Assembly (NCBI RefSeq): GCF_036588685.1
Contig: NC_086382.1
Location: 60,388,001 to 60,452,000 of the forward strand
Origin: Mytilus trossulus
Lineage: Eukaryota
DNA length: 64,000 bases
Direction of reading: 5' to 3'
Below the pieces are notes generated by a model that saw only the letters and a list, made by a program, of their open reading frames with translations, was not told where the DNA came from and ran no database searches. The position numbers were made by a program, and so were the translations under genes. Positions within the stretch are counted from its first letter, which is position 1, and every line of letters begins with the position of its first letter. Shown here piece after piece: positions 11,267 to 24,066 of this stretch.

Positions 11267-12637
11267 TTAGTCCTCTTTCTCTTTTTCTGTTTCTGTGTTT
11301 TCTGATACAGATGTTCTGTTTGTCATACCATATATGTAACACAATGTTAGAAACACAATAGCTGGGAAAACGGTCTCACTGTACTCTTTCAAGTTTATGT
11401 ATGTGTGTATAGCACCAACCATTATGATTCCCAGGATGATACAAGCCATTTGTCGTATGTCTTTAAACAGTAGTCCAATAGCTGAACAAATTTCCCATGA
11501 TCCAACACAAATTTTGTAAATGAATGGATTTGGCATGTATCCAAACATTGATGTAATACATACTACACTGTACTCATCAAATCGCCTATCCTGGAAAATA
11601 AACAAAAACAAATAAAACTTAAACCAGTTTACAAGAGATGCAGAACAAAAGAATGTAAGTACTAGTATTATTAATAATTGTATTATTGTCTTTCATAAAA
11701 AGTATTTACAGGATTTTTTAAAAGTAACTGAATGTAAAAATTTAAAAACAATGGGTTTGAAATATCACTCTTTGAAACAAATACCTTATATGTTTGAAAA
11801 AGTTGAGAAAAAAAAGATATACCAGTATACAGAATTTTTAATGTCATGTTATTTGCTATCAAATTAACTTGAGTATTTTGTCATTTTGTTCTTATAAGAA
11901 ACAATGAAAAAATGAACTTGTTGTGTTGCAGCAAAGGTCTACATTCCCAAAAAGTATTACTTGAAAATTCTCTAAACATCAGATAAAACTAATGTTGATT
12001 TACAAATGTGTGTCCATGGTATTTATGAACATACACATTTCAAAATATAATGAGCAAGAATTTGATTACATTGTCATTGAAAAGTTTTCATGTATATATA
12101 TATATATATGTCGTACTTGACTTTCAGCCTATGTCGTTTGGACTTTGGCTGGCCTGGTAAAAACGAAGAATTCCAAAATAACTATATTTTATTACAACTG
12201 AGATCTCGTGGCAACTGACGAATAGCCCAAAACACTAGCTGCTCACGTGCTTAGAGATCCCAGGTTTTCTTCGTTTTACCAATGAAAGTTATCGTTGCAT
12301 AATTTCGTAACTGACCACAACATTTTAATTGGTCACTCATAATTTTGTCTTGTCAACCAAGCTGACACTTTAATATCTGAAATTCCGAATTTGCAAAATA
12401 GGAAATATAACATATACACCAAACATAACAGACTAGCATTGGTGTTAAAAACTTAAAACTCTACGAAAGCGTGGTTCTATCTTGTTACATGTTGTCTACA
12501 CGATTAAAATAATCATTTACCAAAACAGCTGTTCTTTCTGGAATGAGTTTTGGGAACAACTTAATCATTGCATCTATAAACAGCATTGAAGCCACACTGT
12601 ATAGGGCCAATCTTTCCAAAACTGTCCTCAGACTCAT
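11267..12637 (-). CDS. TMEM35/NACHO-like (DoxX superfamily) membrane protein, about 146 aa; exons 12637-12521 and 11590-11267
   Basis: Phase-0 GT-AG intron. MSLRTVLERLALYSVASMLFIDAMIKLFPKL...YKICVGSWEICSAIGLL...IMVGAIHT matches the TMEM35 pattern (IKLxP; G..E). About 4 hydrophobic segments and a charged tail. Confidence 0.75.
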
Positions 12638-15600
12638 GTTTACTCTGTTCTGAAATGAAAAATTAATCACTGTACTTAAAACGTTTAAACCCGCTGCATA
12701 TGTTTGCACCTATTCTAAGTCAGGAATCTGATGTTAAGTAATTTCTCGTTTTTTATATGGATTAAACCGTTTGTTTTACATATGTCATGTTTGAGGACCC
12801 ATTTTAGCTTGCTGTTCGGGGTATACATAAGATGCTCTATCTTAATAAAAACTATAAAATAGCCAAATTGGAACCCAAAGATTAAAGATCAAAGATCAAG
12901 AAATTATAGCCATTTATCTAATGAATCGTAATTTTTTATTTAGGTAACTATTCACACAAAACATTCTTTCTTAAATACTAAGTAGTGTAATCAAACCAAT
13001 TCCAAATTTGATTTTGATACCGTACTGTAACAGTTGTGTACTCTACAAGTTCAGATGATCATTAAGAAAATAATGCTTAATTAATTGAAACAGCATGAAA
13101 GTAAAACTACGTCTGACACGCCTGAAGCTTCAGTAGTTATACATGTATAATAATTTGTTCCGTTATTGGAGAAGGCTATGGTGTATTTGACGAGATATTT
13201 GAAATTGCGTCTGAACTATTATATAGAAAAGAAAATGGTGTTGTGATTTTTTTTTATGTTGATCAATGAATGAATTTACTTGATTCAAATGAAATATCTA
13301 AAATATTTATTATTTTTTTAATAAATTGAGGAATATTAAACAAAAACAGTTCACGTAACTTACCTTAAAGATTTCCTTGTATTGTCTGATGTTCAAAATG
13401 ATTTTTTAAATCATATACAACTACATGTTTAAAACTTCCTGGAAATGTCCATTCGAATGTCCATTTTGACATTAGCTTGAGGGAAGGTTATATACTTCCT
13501 GGCGAAAAAACGTTGGTATATTGTAATGCAAGATATATATGCATTATACTTGTATTTTTAATAATGATGATTGTTATAGGATGAACTGCATATATATTAT
13601 ACAGAATTAAGAAATTTAGCCTAAAAATACGCAAGGACTTTGTAAATACGATCTTTAAAAATATCATCCTTTCGAAAGGACCTTTTTTTATTTAGAAGTA
13701 TGAATCCTGTTCCTTCTTTATCTCCCTTTCAAACTTTACAAATTAAAATATTGCTTCTTTTTCTCGTTTTAAATATGCAGTTTCAAATGGACTTTAAGCT
13801 TGAACATTTACCAATAAGCTATGATTGGTCGGTCTTTCATATTATAAAGATTAACCAAATATTTGTATATATACAGCTATGTGCCAGTGACCTATATTTT
13901 GATTTCCAATTCAAGGAGTTATAATAATTACATTGTTTTAAAGGAAAGGAATCAAGCGACAACATGATACGTATGGGGAAGCCTGAGGAACAATTCTTAT
14001 ATAATATAATTATAACTGTTCTCTTTATCTAATAAACTTTGAGCATGGGAATGGGGAATGTGGCAAAGAGAAAACCATAATGCAGAAAAGGACCACCAAC
14101 GGGTCTTCAACGCAGAGAGAAATATCCCGCTTTCAATAAATGTATTTGAAAACATAAGGAATGTAGAAAAATAAAATTATTCGAAGCTTGATTTCCAGTG
14201 TGTTAACAACGAATATAGTTGTTAAGAACCAAAAGGATTGACAAACTCCGGACATAAAAACCAGAAACGTGCATGAAGCGGGCAAGAGGGGAACGGAGAG
14301 TGAGATATAGGGTATCAAACAACAACATATACGTATTTAATTGTTCATGCAAGTAATGGCTACTGTGCTGATGTAACTTCGGTAGACCAGTGCATCACGA
14401 ATTGGATTTGGCCTAGTTGTGACATCATTTTTTCCACCATGAAACGTAATACTGAAAAAGAATTTGCCATCTATAAATAAGGAAGAGTTAATAAGATATG
14501 TTGGACTCAATTCGCAAAGTGAGTATAAAGCGGGAAATATAAATGATATAGAAATAAGTAGGTGTGATATATTTGGCAACATTTCACCAGAGATTAGTAT
14601 TCGTTCATCGAAAGACAAAACGTAACTACAAACATATAGGCATACATATATAACGAACGAGTTGGAAAATAAGTTATTTCTTAGATCTAAGATGGACACT
14701 TCTCTTATACGCAATCATTGCATTTCTCTTTATTGTCATCTGCTTGATAGTTACTTATTAAATAATATACAAATTTCAGTGAAATAAATGCTTCGAAATC
14801 TTGAAACAAAGCTAAAAACCAAAATCACAAATAACTCACCAAAGATTAAAATTAGTCATTATAGAATCTCCTATATGTCTTGTTTTCGTTTATAATGATT
14901 TGAATAGTAATTTTTTTTCTTTAGTCTTTGTCAAAAACAATTATATGTATATAGTTATACGACATTAACAAGTATCGAAGTGTATTAAATTTGAAAACTA
15001 GGGTCTGTCGCAGATGAACTCCGATACCAAATCCCCCATAGTACTGTACCATGAGGACGCAAACATTTATAGTTGTGAAATCATGCTAAAAATTTAAAAG
15101 GGAGCATTTTAAAAATCACTATGACACAAACACATTTACTATTCACAGCAATCTGTTAAAATCATATTTACCGCCTTTTGTTGTACACATATATGCATAA
15201 ATGACTGATCCAGGAAGTAATAACTGGTAAACCTGCGGTCATAGGTATGTAAACATAAGCATTATGTCTTCATTGCATATGCATTTACACACTCACATAT
15301 AGTGCATAATGAATTTGTTATATTGTATCATACTCCCTGGCAGTTTCCAGCTTTTCCCAATGCTACGAGTGACAGTGCATACAAATCACGGGCACTTGTT
15401 TTCTATCCATGGCAAAATCTACTAATTCTACGTGCCCCTGATACAAGATTTTTAACGGCGTAAAATATTTCTAGAGTGTCGTAATCCTGATGGACTTCGA
15501 ATCGTCAAGCACCTGCTGAAAACTCAACTAGTTTCTTTGCATCTTATATATATAACAACCCTAATAGTACCGAGAATAGTATAATGTGATTTTGATAAAT

Positions 15601-16249
15601 GCAATATAATTAAAATGTTAACAAATATGCTGTATACATGTATTTTGATCAGTCGTTTGATTCAGTGCTGGCTATTGTATACCCTACGTCTCATTTAGTC
15701 ATATGCATTTAATTTATACAAATAAAGATGGGCTACTGGTTTGCAGCTGTAAACAAAGGAGTGTTAACATTATTAAAATCAAACAAAAAAGGCCTGGCGG
15801 TGACCTATAGTTATTAAAGTATGTGCCATTTTGGGAGAGTTGTCTCAGTCGCACCTTATCTCCTTTTTCTTTCCTTTTTTTTTATAATTAATCAATAATA
15901 TCTTGGTCGAAAAGTTTTGATTGCTGCTGAAGTCTCTACGTTTTTTTAACACGCGCTTTCCGTGGTAGACCACGAGGTTTTTATATTGGACAGAAATACA
16001 CTATGGTTGCATATTTGTAAAAACGCCCATTAACCGACGAAAACTTGAGATGTAGTATTTTTATAAAAGTATATGTATACTTTTAAGGGCACCACGCATA
16101 AATCCACATAGCTTGCAATTTTGGACCGACCGCATTTTTTTAACAACAGCTTTGCTCTTCAGTTAGGAATTGCAAACTATCAAAACTTGTAAAAATGTTT
16201 AAACTTTGATATTAACTTGTGCTGTATGTTTTAGGAGTATAATATCCAA

Positions 16250-19200
16250 ATGACGATTTTGGAAAAGGCGGACTCGCTTGATGGGGGTGGCGATACACAC
16301 GACTGTGGTCATGATCATGGCACTGGACAACAGAACGTTGACCATATGAAATACGAGAGATACCGCCTAGAAACTTTCGATAGATGGCCACAGTCTGCCA
16401 ACGTAGATAAGAACCAATTAGCAGCTAATGGTTTTTATTACATTGGTGATGGCAGTGATGACAGGGTTCAGTGCGACTTTTGCAAAATAATCCTTAAGAA
16501 ATGGGAACCAGAAGATGATATCCAGGAGGAACATAGAAAACATGGTCCGCAATGTCCTTATGTAAACGATCCTTTACATGCGGGCAATTTTCCACTTCGG
16601 TTTAGAAGGTTAGATAGTGTCAATCGTCACCACCATGGTCCTTGCCATAGAGAGTATAGAGAAAGGGAAATAAGATTTCAGTCTTTTTACAACTGGCCTC
16701 ACCCAGATAAGAGACCAACACCGGGTGAACTGGCAGATGCTGGGTTTTTCTACCTCGGTAAAATTGTTATAGACATTAGACATTAGCCATTATTTTATTA
16801 TACCAATCATAGGCCCTTGTCGGGCACGATACAAAAACATCATAATACAGTGATTATATAAACACTAGTGAAATACACAAATGATAAATTGATAATATAA
16901 GCAATGTAGGATATAATTATGGTAAGAGGCATTGAGTGTAATGAGGCCGATTTAATATTAAAAAATATGATATAGTTAATTAATAGGGAAACAAAAAAGA
17001 GTAGAAATAGAACCAGAAATATAGTATCTCATTCTGCAGTAGTTCTCCTCATGACTAGTGCACAGCAGTGATGGACTTTTACATCAAAACAATGCAAAGG
17101 TCATCAAGGGGAGATCCTTCAGAACTAGACATGAGATTACTCAAGGGTTGGCATTGCTACTGGTCAATATTCATCAAGGAACGGTGCTCTAGAACTCACT
17201 ATAGAGAAAATATAAAGTTCAAATTACAAGTAGTAGAGGGAGATAAATCCCATTAAAACTTTATATATTTCTTAATGAACATGCATAATTCTGATAATAA
17301 ATTTTCATCTTCATTATTCATTAACCATATTTTTGGGTAGGGTCAAAATTTTAAAATTCTTGCAGCAATTATTTATCATTGTTATCACGTCTTTCCTTTG
17401 TTCTGATAAACTATCACAGTTGAAAAGAGAAATGTGTTTCATCTTTGACCTCATTACTACAACATCTCTTACATATTCTATTGTGTCGGGGATTATTACT
17501 ATATCTACTCCTCTTTATAAGTAAATGGTGAGCAGATATACGAAATCTTGTCTGTCTTCAATTTTTTTAACAATATTTATATCATCTCCTTGCTTTTTGC
17601 TCTCAATGAAGCCTCATAAACTTTCAGCGAAAACCGCCACAACTTTCAACAAGATCATAGAGAACTTGGTATTAAAATAGTTTGTTGAAGACCGTACTTT
17701 GACCAATGATGGTCTACTTTGGCAGATTATGATTTGGATGGAGGGTTGCCTCATTGACATTCATATTACATCTTCTTATATATCTATTGACCTTTTTTAT
17801 TCTACCACATTAATATGAAAACAGATTATTGAACCATCTATGGTAAAATTAAATCATGAAGACGAAATAAATGTGGTTTTTTTCTATTATAGGTCAAGGC
17901 GATGCTGTCAAATGTTTCTATTGTGGAGGAATGTTGAGGCACTGGGAAGAAACAGATGAAGTATGGACAGAACATATGAAATGGTTTCCTCTTTGTCTGT
18001 TTGTCGTAGAACACGACCCCTCATGCCACGAAAATATTGGGCGCCATCTTCAGAGAACCATTAGTGGAATTGCCTTGTCAAACGGCTATTCTGATGAGGA
18101 GATAAATGAGTACAGACAACACATTGATGACAATCAAAGTAAGTAAATATCACTAGTACGAGACTGCCATGGACCAATGCCACCAGCAAGTACTAAAAGG
18201 GACCGTCAAACGCTGTCATTTTTTAAAATAATTATTGTCAAGTTTTTCACCTATAATGTTTTACTCCTTTGAACTAATTTGTTTTTCTTGATGCTATACC
18301 AACAAAATCAAATAGCACTAACAGTGGAAATATACTGCAACAATAAACGAAAAGTCAAATGTCCGGATAGCCACTGAATATCATGTTCCTTATTTAGATG
18401 TCGCTAGAAGCTATATATATAAATATCTTGTTTTTCAGTTGCACACCCAGAGGAGTACAGAGAATTTGTAAATCAACTTGACCAGTTTAGGCAAAGGCAA
18501 GCTCCTATATCTGTCCCTGCTGTAGCAAGTAACGTTAGTGTTGCAGAAACAAGTAAGTATTGTTTGATTATTATCAATATATTTTTATTTTCTACACGTC
18601 GTGATATTTGCTGATGCAACATAAACATGTCATTAGGTTTTTAAAAAAATGTTTATTTCGATAAATCATCACATATAAAAATAATCAAAAATATCTCAAA
18701 TGATTGAGAAATATGCAACCACCTATTAGTCAAAACATAAATGATTTTTGCAATAGATATATAAATATGAAAAAGGCGAAAATAAATCTGAGAAGATGTG
18801 ATATGAGTGCCTATAAGACACCCTTTGGGTCAGGTGTGCTATAAAACGAGAAAGAGAAGCACTTATATGAACCACATCTACACACAACAACTACTGAAAA
18901 TTATATTTAGTAGAAAACAAAGAATAAATTTGAAATCATTTTGTAAAAGGATTTTATTATACGAATGACTATTATTATTGCCTCATGTTAGTGTTATTAT
19001 CTGTAACAACATTAATTCTTTTTTTGAGTATTTTATTCTTTTATAGATGAAGTAAATCCACAACATGCAGCTGGTAGAAACGATGTGGGGGATCAGAACG
19101 AACGTTATTTGTGTAAAGTTTGTTATAAAAATGCGCTAGAGGTTATTTTTTATCCATGTAAACATGTATGTTGTTGTAAGGAGTGTGGTGATAAGTTATC

Positions 19201-19258
19201 TAACTGTCCTGTATGCAGAGAAGTCATCAGGGGGAAACTGCAGCTTTTCTTTCCATAG
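16250..19258 (+). CDS. Inhibitor of apoptosis protein (IAP-1): BIR-BIR-UBA-like-RING, about 359 aa; exons 16250-16757, 17893-18138, 18439-18552, 19047-19258
   Basis: BIR1 CDFC..W..H..C, BIR2 CFYC..W..H..WFPLC, C3HC4 RING CKVC...PCKHVCCCKEC...CPVCR. All three introns phase-1 GT-AG. Exons 3-4 were read directly (absent from the ORF track). Confidence 0.93.
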
Positions 19259-22200
19259 AATTGTTATATATTTCTAATATACATATAGTCTATACGTACT
19301 GTTTTATTAATTGGAGTAACGTGCAGCTTTAGTATACCTCATTTTAGCGTTAAATTCAGGTCCTCTGCATGGTTGTGAGAAAATAGACTGTGTGATTAAC
19401 ACTATATTTATAACATTTTAATTAACTGTTGTGTGTATTTCTTTAGACTCTGCATGTTTTAATTAGTTAATACCATTTATATTCATTCGTTGGCTAAATC
19501 TTATTATAAGCAAAAGGATTTATAATTAACATTACATGTATATACAGAATTATTTTGTTTTTAAATATGTACTACTTTTACCTTGTGTGTTCTTTTTTAT
19601 CCGGCCTGATTTGTTAGTGTTGCGCCTTACAAAGTCTTTTTTTTTTAAATATATTTGCAACAAATTCTGCTCAAGCTTGTGCTAGGGGTCGTCTTATGCA
19701 TGCAATGGTTTTTTTCTGCTCCGTTTAGAAAGCCTAACTGTGACTTTAAGATAATGAGCATCAGTATAACCGCGGTTTCTTTGATTTTTTATACGTTTTT
19801 GCTATGCATTTACTTATTTTGTGGCCTAGATGGATAACCTATATCCTTATATAAATAAATGCTACACGAATTGAATTTTGTACCTTATAGCTCATAAGAA
19901 TTCAAAGATCGCTATACTTGTAATGCTTAAAGTGGCGGATCCAAGGGTGGGGGGGGGGGGGGGGGGGGTCGGGGGTATGATCCACCCTTTTTTAACAGAT
20001 CAATGCATTTGAATGGCGATATATAGTTGGACTCCCTCTTTTTATCCTGTGTTGGGAACACCCTTTTTAAAATGGCTGCATGGATCGGCCCCTGTGCTTA
20101 TAGATCATACTAATGTTTTGATGATCAGAGGCGAATCCATAGGTGCCCCGTTAATTTTGAGTTGCATGTAGGATTTTTTTTTTTATCTTTTACAAGTCAC
20201 ACTCCTAGCGTGTGCACCCCTCCTATTTCAAAATTCTGAATACTAAAGTTAGGGATTATCAAGTGACCTTGATCAAAATAAGATACAAATATAGACCTTT
20301 GATTTCGTTACATATAATATCATAGGTCTATATTTTAATTAGACTGAGTGACCTTAACCATGCATGAAAATGTTTGTTAAAACTTCGGCAACCACACTGC
20401 GCGAGTGTTAGCTAGGGATGTCATATACCGATTTGCTTATTTAATATCTACAACTTAATTGATAAGAATTGATTAATATACGACAGTTCACTGAATAATT
20501 TACAAATTGTAAACGCGTGAAAGATACAAAAAACAAGAATGTTTCCATAGTACACGGATGTCCAACTCGTACTTTCTATGTTCAGTGGACCGTGAAATTT
20601 GGGTCAAAACTCTAAATTAGTTTATATCATATCAAACATGTGTACTAAGTTTCAAGTTGATTTGAATTCAACTTCATCAAAAACTACCTTGACCTAAAAC
20701 TTGAACCTGAAGTGGAACAGATCGACGGACGGACGAACGGACGTACAGACCAGAAAACACAATGCATAAATGGAGCATAAAAATTTAACATTACTATATT
20801 AACTCTCTTAAATGTCACTTTTCCTATAATTATGTGTTGCTTGTTATTATTTATAATCATATTCCAGTTAATCTCGGCAACCAAACCGAAAATTAATTAC
20901 GTCTGCGATCAACAATCACTGAATGAAATATTGTTTGTCGACAAACATCTTAAGTAATAGATGTCAAAAACGTGCCTACAGTACTTATATATAAAAATTA
21001 GGATATGTGGTATGATTGCTAATGATGCAACTACCCATCAGAGTTGAAATGAAGTGAATATAATCAATTATAATAGACAACCGTTTGGACTTTAATAATG
21101 AGAAAATATGAAGCCTCAAAATGAAAAAGTTGAATCAATCCAAATAAGAAAATTGACATCCCTATGTATAATAATGATAATTTACCAAAAAACAAAATCA
21201 AAACTGACATGAACTAGACACAATTACTGAAGCACAATACTCCTGGCTCATAACAGTACATGAACAAGTCGATCTGCTATGTAAGAGGCACAATTGGAGC
21301 ACATAGGAATACCTACAAAATGTCGATAAACGAATTTGCCGAAACGTACATAGATGTCAATGAGAAAATGTCAAGCTTTAATAATTTCATCACAGGTCCA
21401 GTAAGTATTATGCTATATCTAGTCTATGTCTCTTTTCATTACAGAAGGTTTAATATGAGATGCAGCTAATAAATCTTCAACCAAATTTTCCAATGGATCG
21501 TAAGAAAACTTCTGATGAGATTTATTGGTAGTGTCTTATATGATACGATTGTTTGTTATAGTATCTTGCACAGTCAAAACATCTTACTTGTACTAGTAAC
21601 TGGTTTAGTAAATCCGGGTGCGGGGTTTTCTCGCTGAGTAGAGGACTTATTGTAGGCCTTCGGCTGTTGTCTTCTCTTTGATCAGGTTGTTGTCCCTTTG
21701 ACGATTCCCCACTTCCATTCTTAATTTTAATAATTCAATCGCAAAAGACTTGGATAACATGAAAGAGAGGCGGAAGAAACTCGTAAATTTAAGACAAACC
21801 GACAGACCTGTTGGTGACCTTCTGCTGTTGTTTTTTTATTTGGTCGGGTTGTTGTCTCTTTGACACATTCCCCATGTCCATTCTCAATTTTAACATCTAT
21901 ATTCATGAATTATCTTAATCAACGTTTTCGCAATTAGGACCTTAAACTTTTGACTAAGATAAATATGCTTTTTATATCGTTTCTATGCAGCTAAATGTGA
22001 GTTGCACTAACTACTTATACATATAAAATGAAACAAAATCGTAATAAAGACTTTCACTTAAAATTTAAGTTGTTTAAATTTTAGACGTTATGAATGCTTT
22101 GTTGAAGCCGCGTAAAACTGTCTTATAGGAAAGACCAGTAAATTTTAATAGAACGATAAATAGATAATCGGGTTTACTTCGTACAAATATCATAAAATAT

Positions 22201-23209
22201 CGGCCGTTCGACACAATGTGACGTTTTTTTGCTCGTTCGATGTGCTCACTCGCCAAAAAGGTTCACACATGTGGCACGCTGCTGATATTATACGACATTA
22301 ATGTATAGAAAACCCGATAATTTATACTTTGAATGGTTTTACATTGTCTTATCGGGGCCTTTTATAGCTTACTATGCGGTATGGGCTTTGCTCATTGTTG
22401 AAGGCCGTACGATGACCTATATTTGTTAATGTTTACATGTCATTTTGGTCTTTTGTGGATAGTTGTCTCATTGGCAATCATACCACATCTTCTTTTTTAT
22501 ATTTGATTTTTTTTTTCAAGTAAAAAAGAACATTCATTCAAAACGTCTGTAAGATATTTGTTTACGATCTTATCTAAACTGTTTCCTAAGTCTGTAAAAT
22601 ATTAGTTACCCAGATCATTTGTTTGTTAAGGGTGGCAACTCTGAAAACCAGATTACTTATATAAATAACTTTACTCTCAATTAGAGAAGAATAATTAAAT
22701 TTAAAAATGCAGCCAGATTCTTTACGCTTAAAAAGTGGTCCCTTATATCATCAGACATTTCGTCAGTCTCATCTTTTGACATTCTGATTCTTTTGCTATA
22801 TGAAGGATATGGATGCGGCCCGATTTCACCTTTTTGCGTTTTCGCGTTTTTCCCTTGGAAATTACTCTGCAAACGCTAAATCGATAAATCGTGAGATGCA
22901 AAATCGAGAAATTGAGATATTAGGAAATCGGCAAATCGAAAGATCAAGAAAGTGAAACTTCGAGAAATCAAGAAATCAAGAACGTGGAAACGCAAAAGCG
23001 AAAACGGGAAACTACCAGTGTGATCGGCTACAGAGATATTATAGTACTCACTAAACACTAAAAGACTCAGTAAAGACTAAATGAAATAGATTTTCTCGAT
23101 TTCATGTGAAAGTAGAAAACGCGGAAATATGGGGTTTTCTATCCATACCCGAACGAAGAATCACGTGATTTTACGAAAAACGTGATTTTTCGTATGGGTG
23201 TGGATAGAT

Positions 23210-23675
23210 GAATGCAGGACAGACTTGAAGTCTCTGGACTAAAAGTCACAGACAAAAAGTCACGGACAAAAAGACACAATTCGTTTTTTCTAATTATTTT
23301 CTTTGAATAGAAAAATGCTTATTTCCACACAAATATTTTTGTATTTTTCTTGAACTATTGAATATAAACCAACTTTTTAAACAAAATTTATCAAAAAAAT
23401 AACAAAGATAATCAAATTATTGTTAACTTCGAAAACAATAGGTCCAAGTGGCTTGGCACTTAAATTGCTTCATGGTGCAAAGAAATATAGCTTTTGCATG
23501 ATTAAAATTAAATAAATCTTCATTTTTCAAGTATGATGACACATTTCCTAATCTGCTATATGAATATATGTATTAATAAGTAAATATTTCAAGATCATTT
23601 CTCTTACATATTCAAATCTGAATTGCCAACACCTTATTTGTGACTTTTTGTCCTGTGACTTTCTGTCCGTTTACC
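23210..23675. mobile_element. Mutator-like MITE with 9-bp TSD, nested in a small palindromic element (about 23127-23695)
   Basis: TSD TGGATAGAT at 23201-23209 and 23676-23684. Inverted subterminal repeats GACAAAAAGTCAC / GTGACTTTTTGTC. Confidence 0.8.
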
Positions 23676-23982
23676 TGGATAGATTTCCCCATATTGACAG
23701 AAACAAGTGCCTGTGATATTGACCAAGTCTAATATTTTTTCACTTGACTATTTATAGATACTATATTATGGTTCGTTGCATTGGTAATAAGCGTTACCTT
23801 TCGGTCTTAACATAAACCAAACAAATAAAACCCAAACAAAGTTTTTTTTAACTTTGGAATTTCGCATTTGACATTTGAGACAAACTAGAACGCTTGCATA
23901 AATTATAATATGCATTAAATGTGTTGGTTTATAGATGTATGAAGAGAATGTGATAAAATGGTAAGACAAATCCCCTACCGCC

Positions 23983-24066
23983 CACAGGCACTTGTTTCTA
24001 TCCATTGGAAGAACCACTATCAACGTTGATAGTGGTTCTTCCAATGGATAGAAACAAGTGCCTGTG
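23983..24066. mobile_element. Perfect 84-bp palindromic mini-element with 8-bp TSD (P-element/hAT-like)
   Basis: Two 42-bp arms, no spacer, no mismatch. CTACCGCC on both sides (23975-23982, 24067-24074). Terminus CACAGG. Confidence 0.85.

Noticed and set aside
14337-14714. 125-aa minus-strand ORF
   Set aside because: No recognisable motif or splice context. The opposite strand faintly resembles a decayed LINE C-terminus, too weak to call.
22830-23010. Periodic GAAATC-like short repeats
   Set aside because: Low-complexity degenerate array with no spacers, TSD or coding signal; not CRISPR-like.
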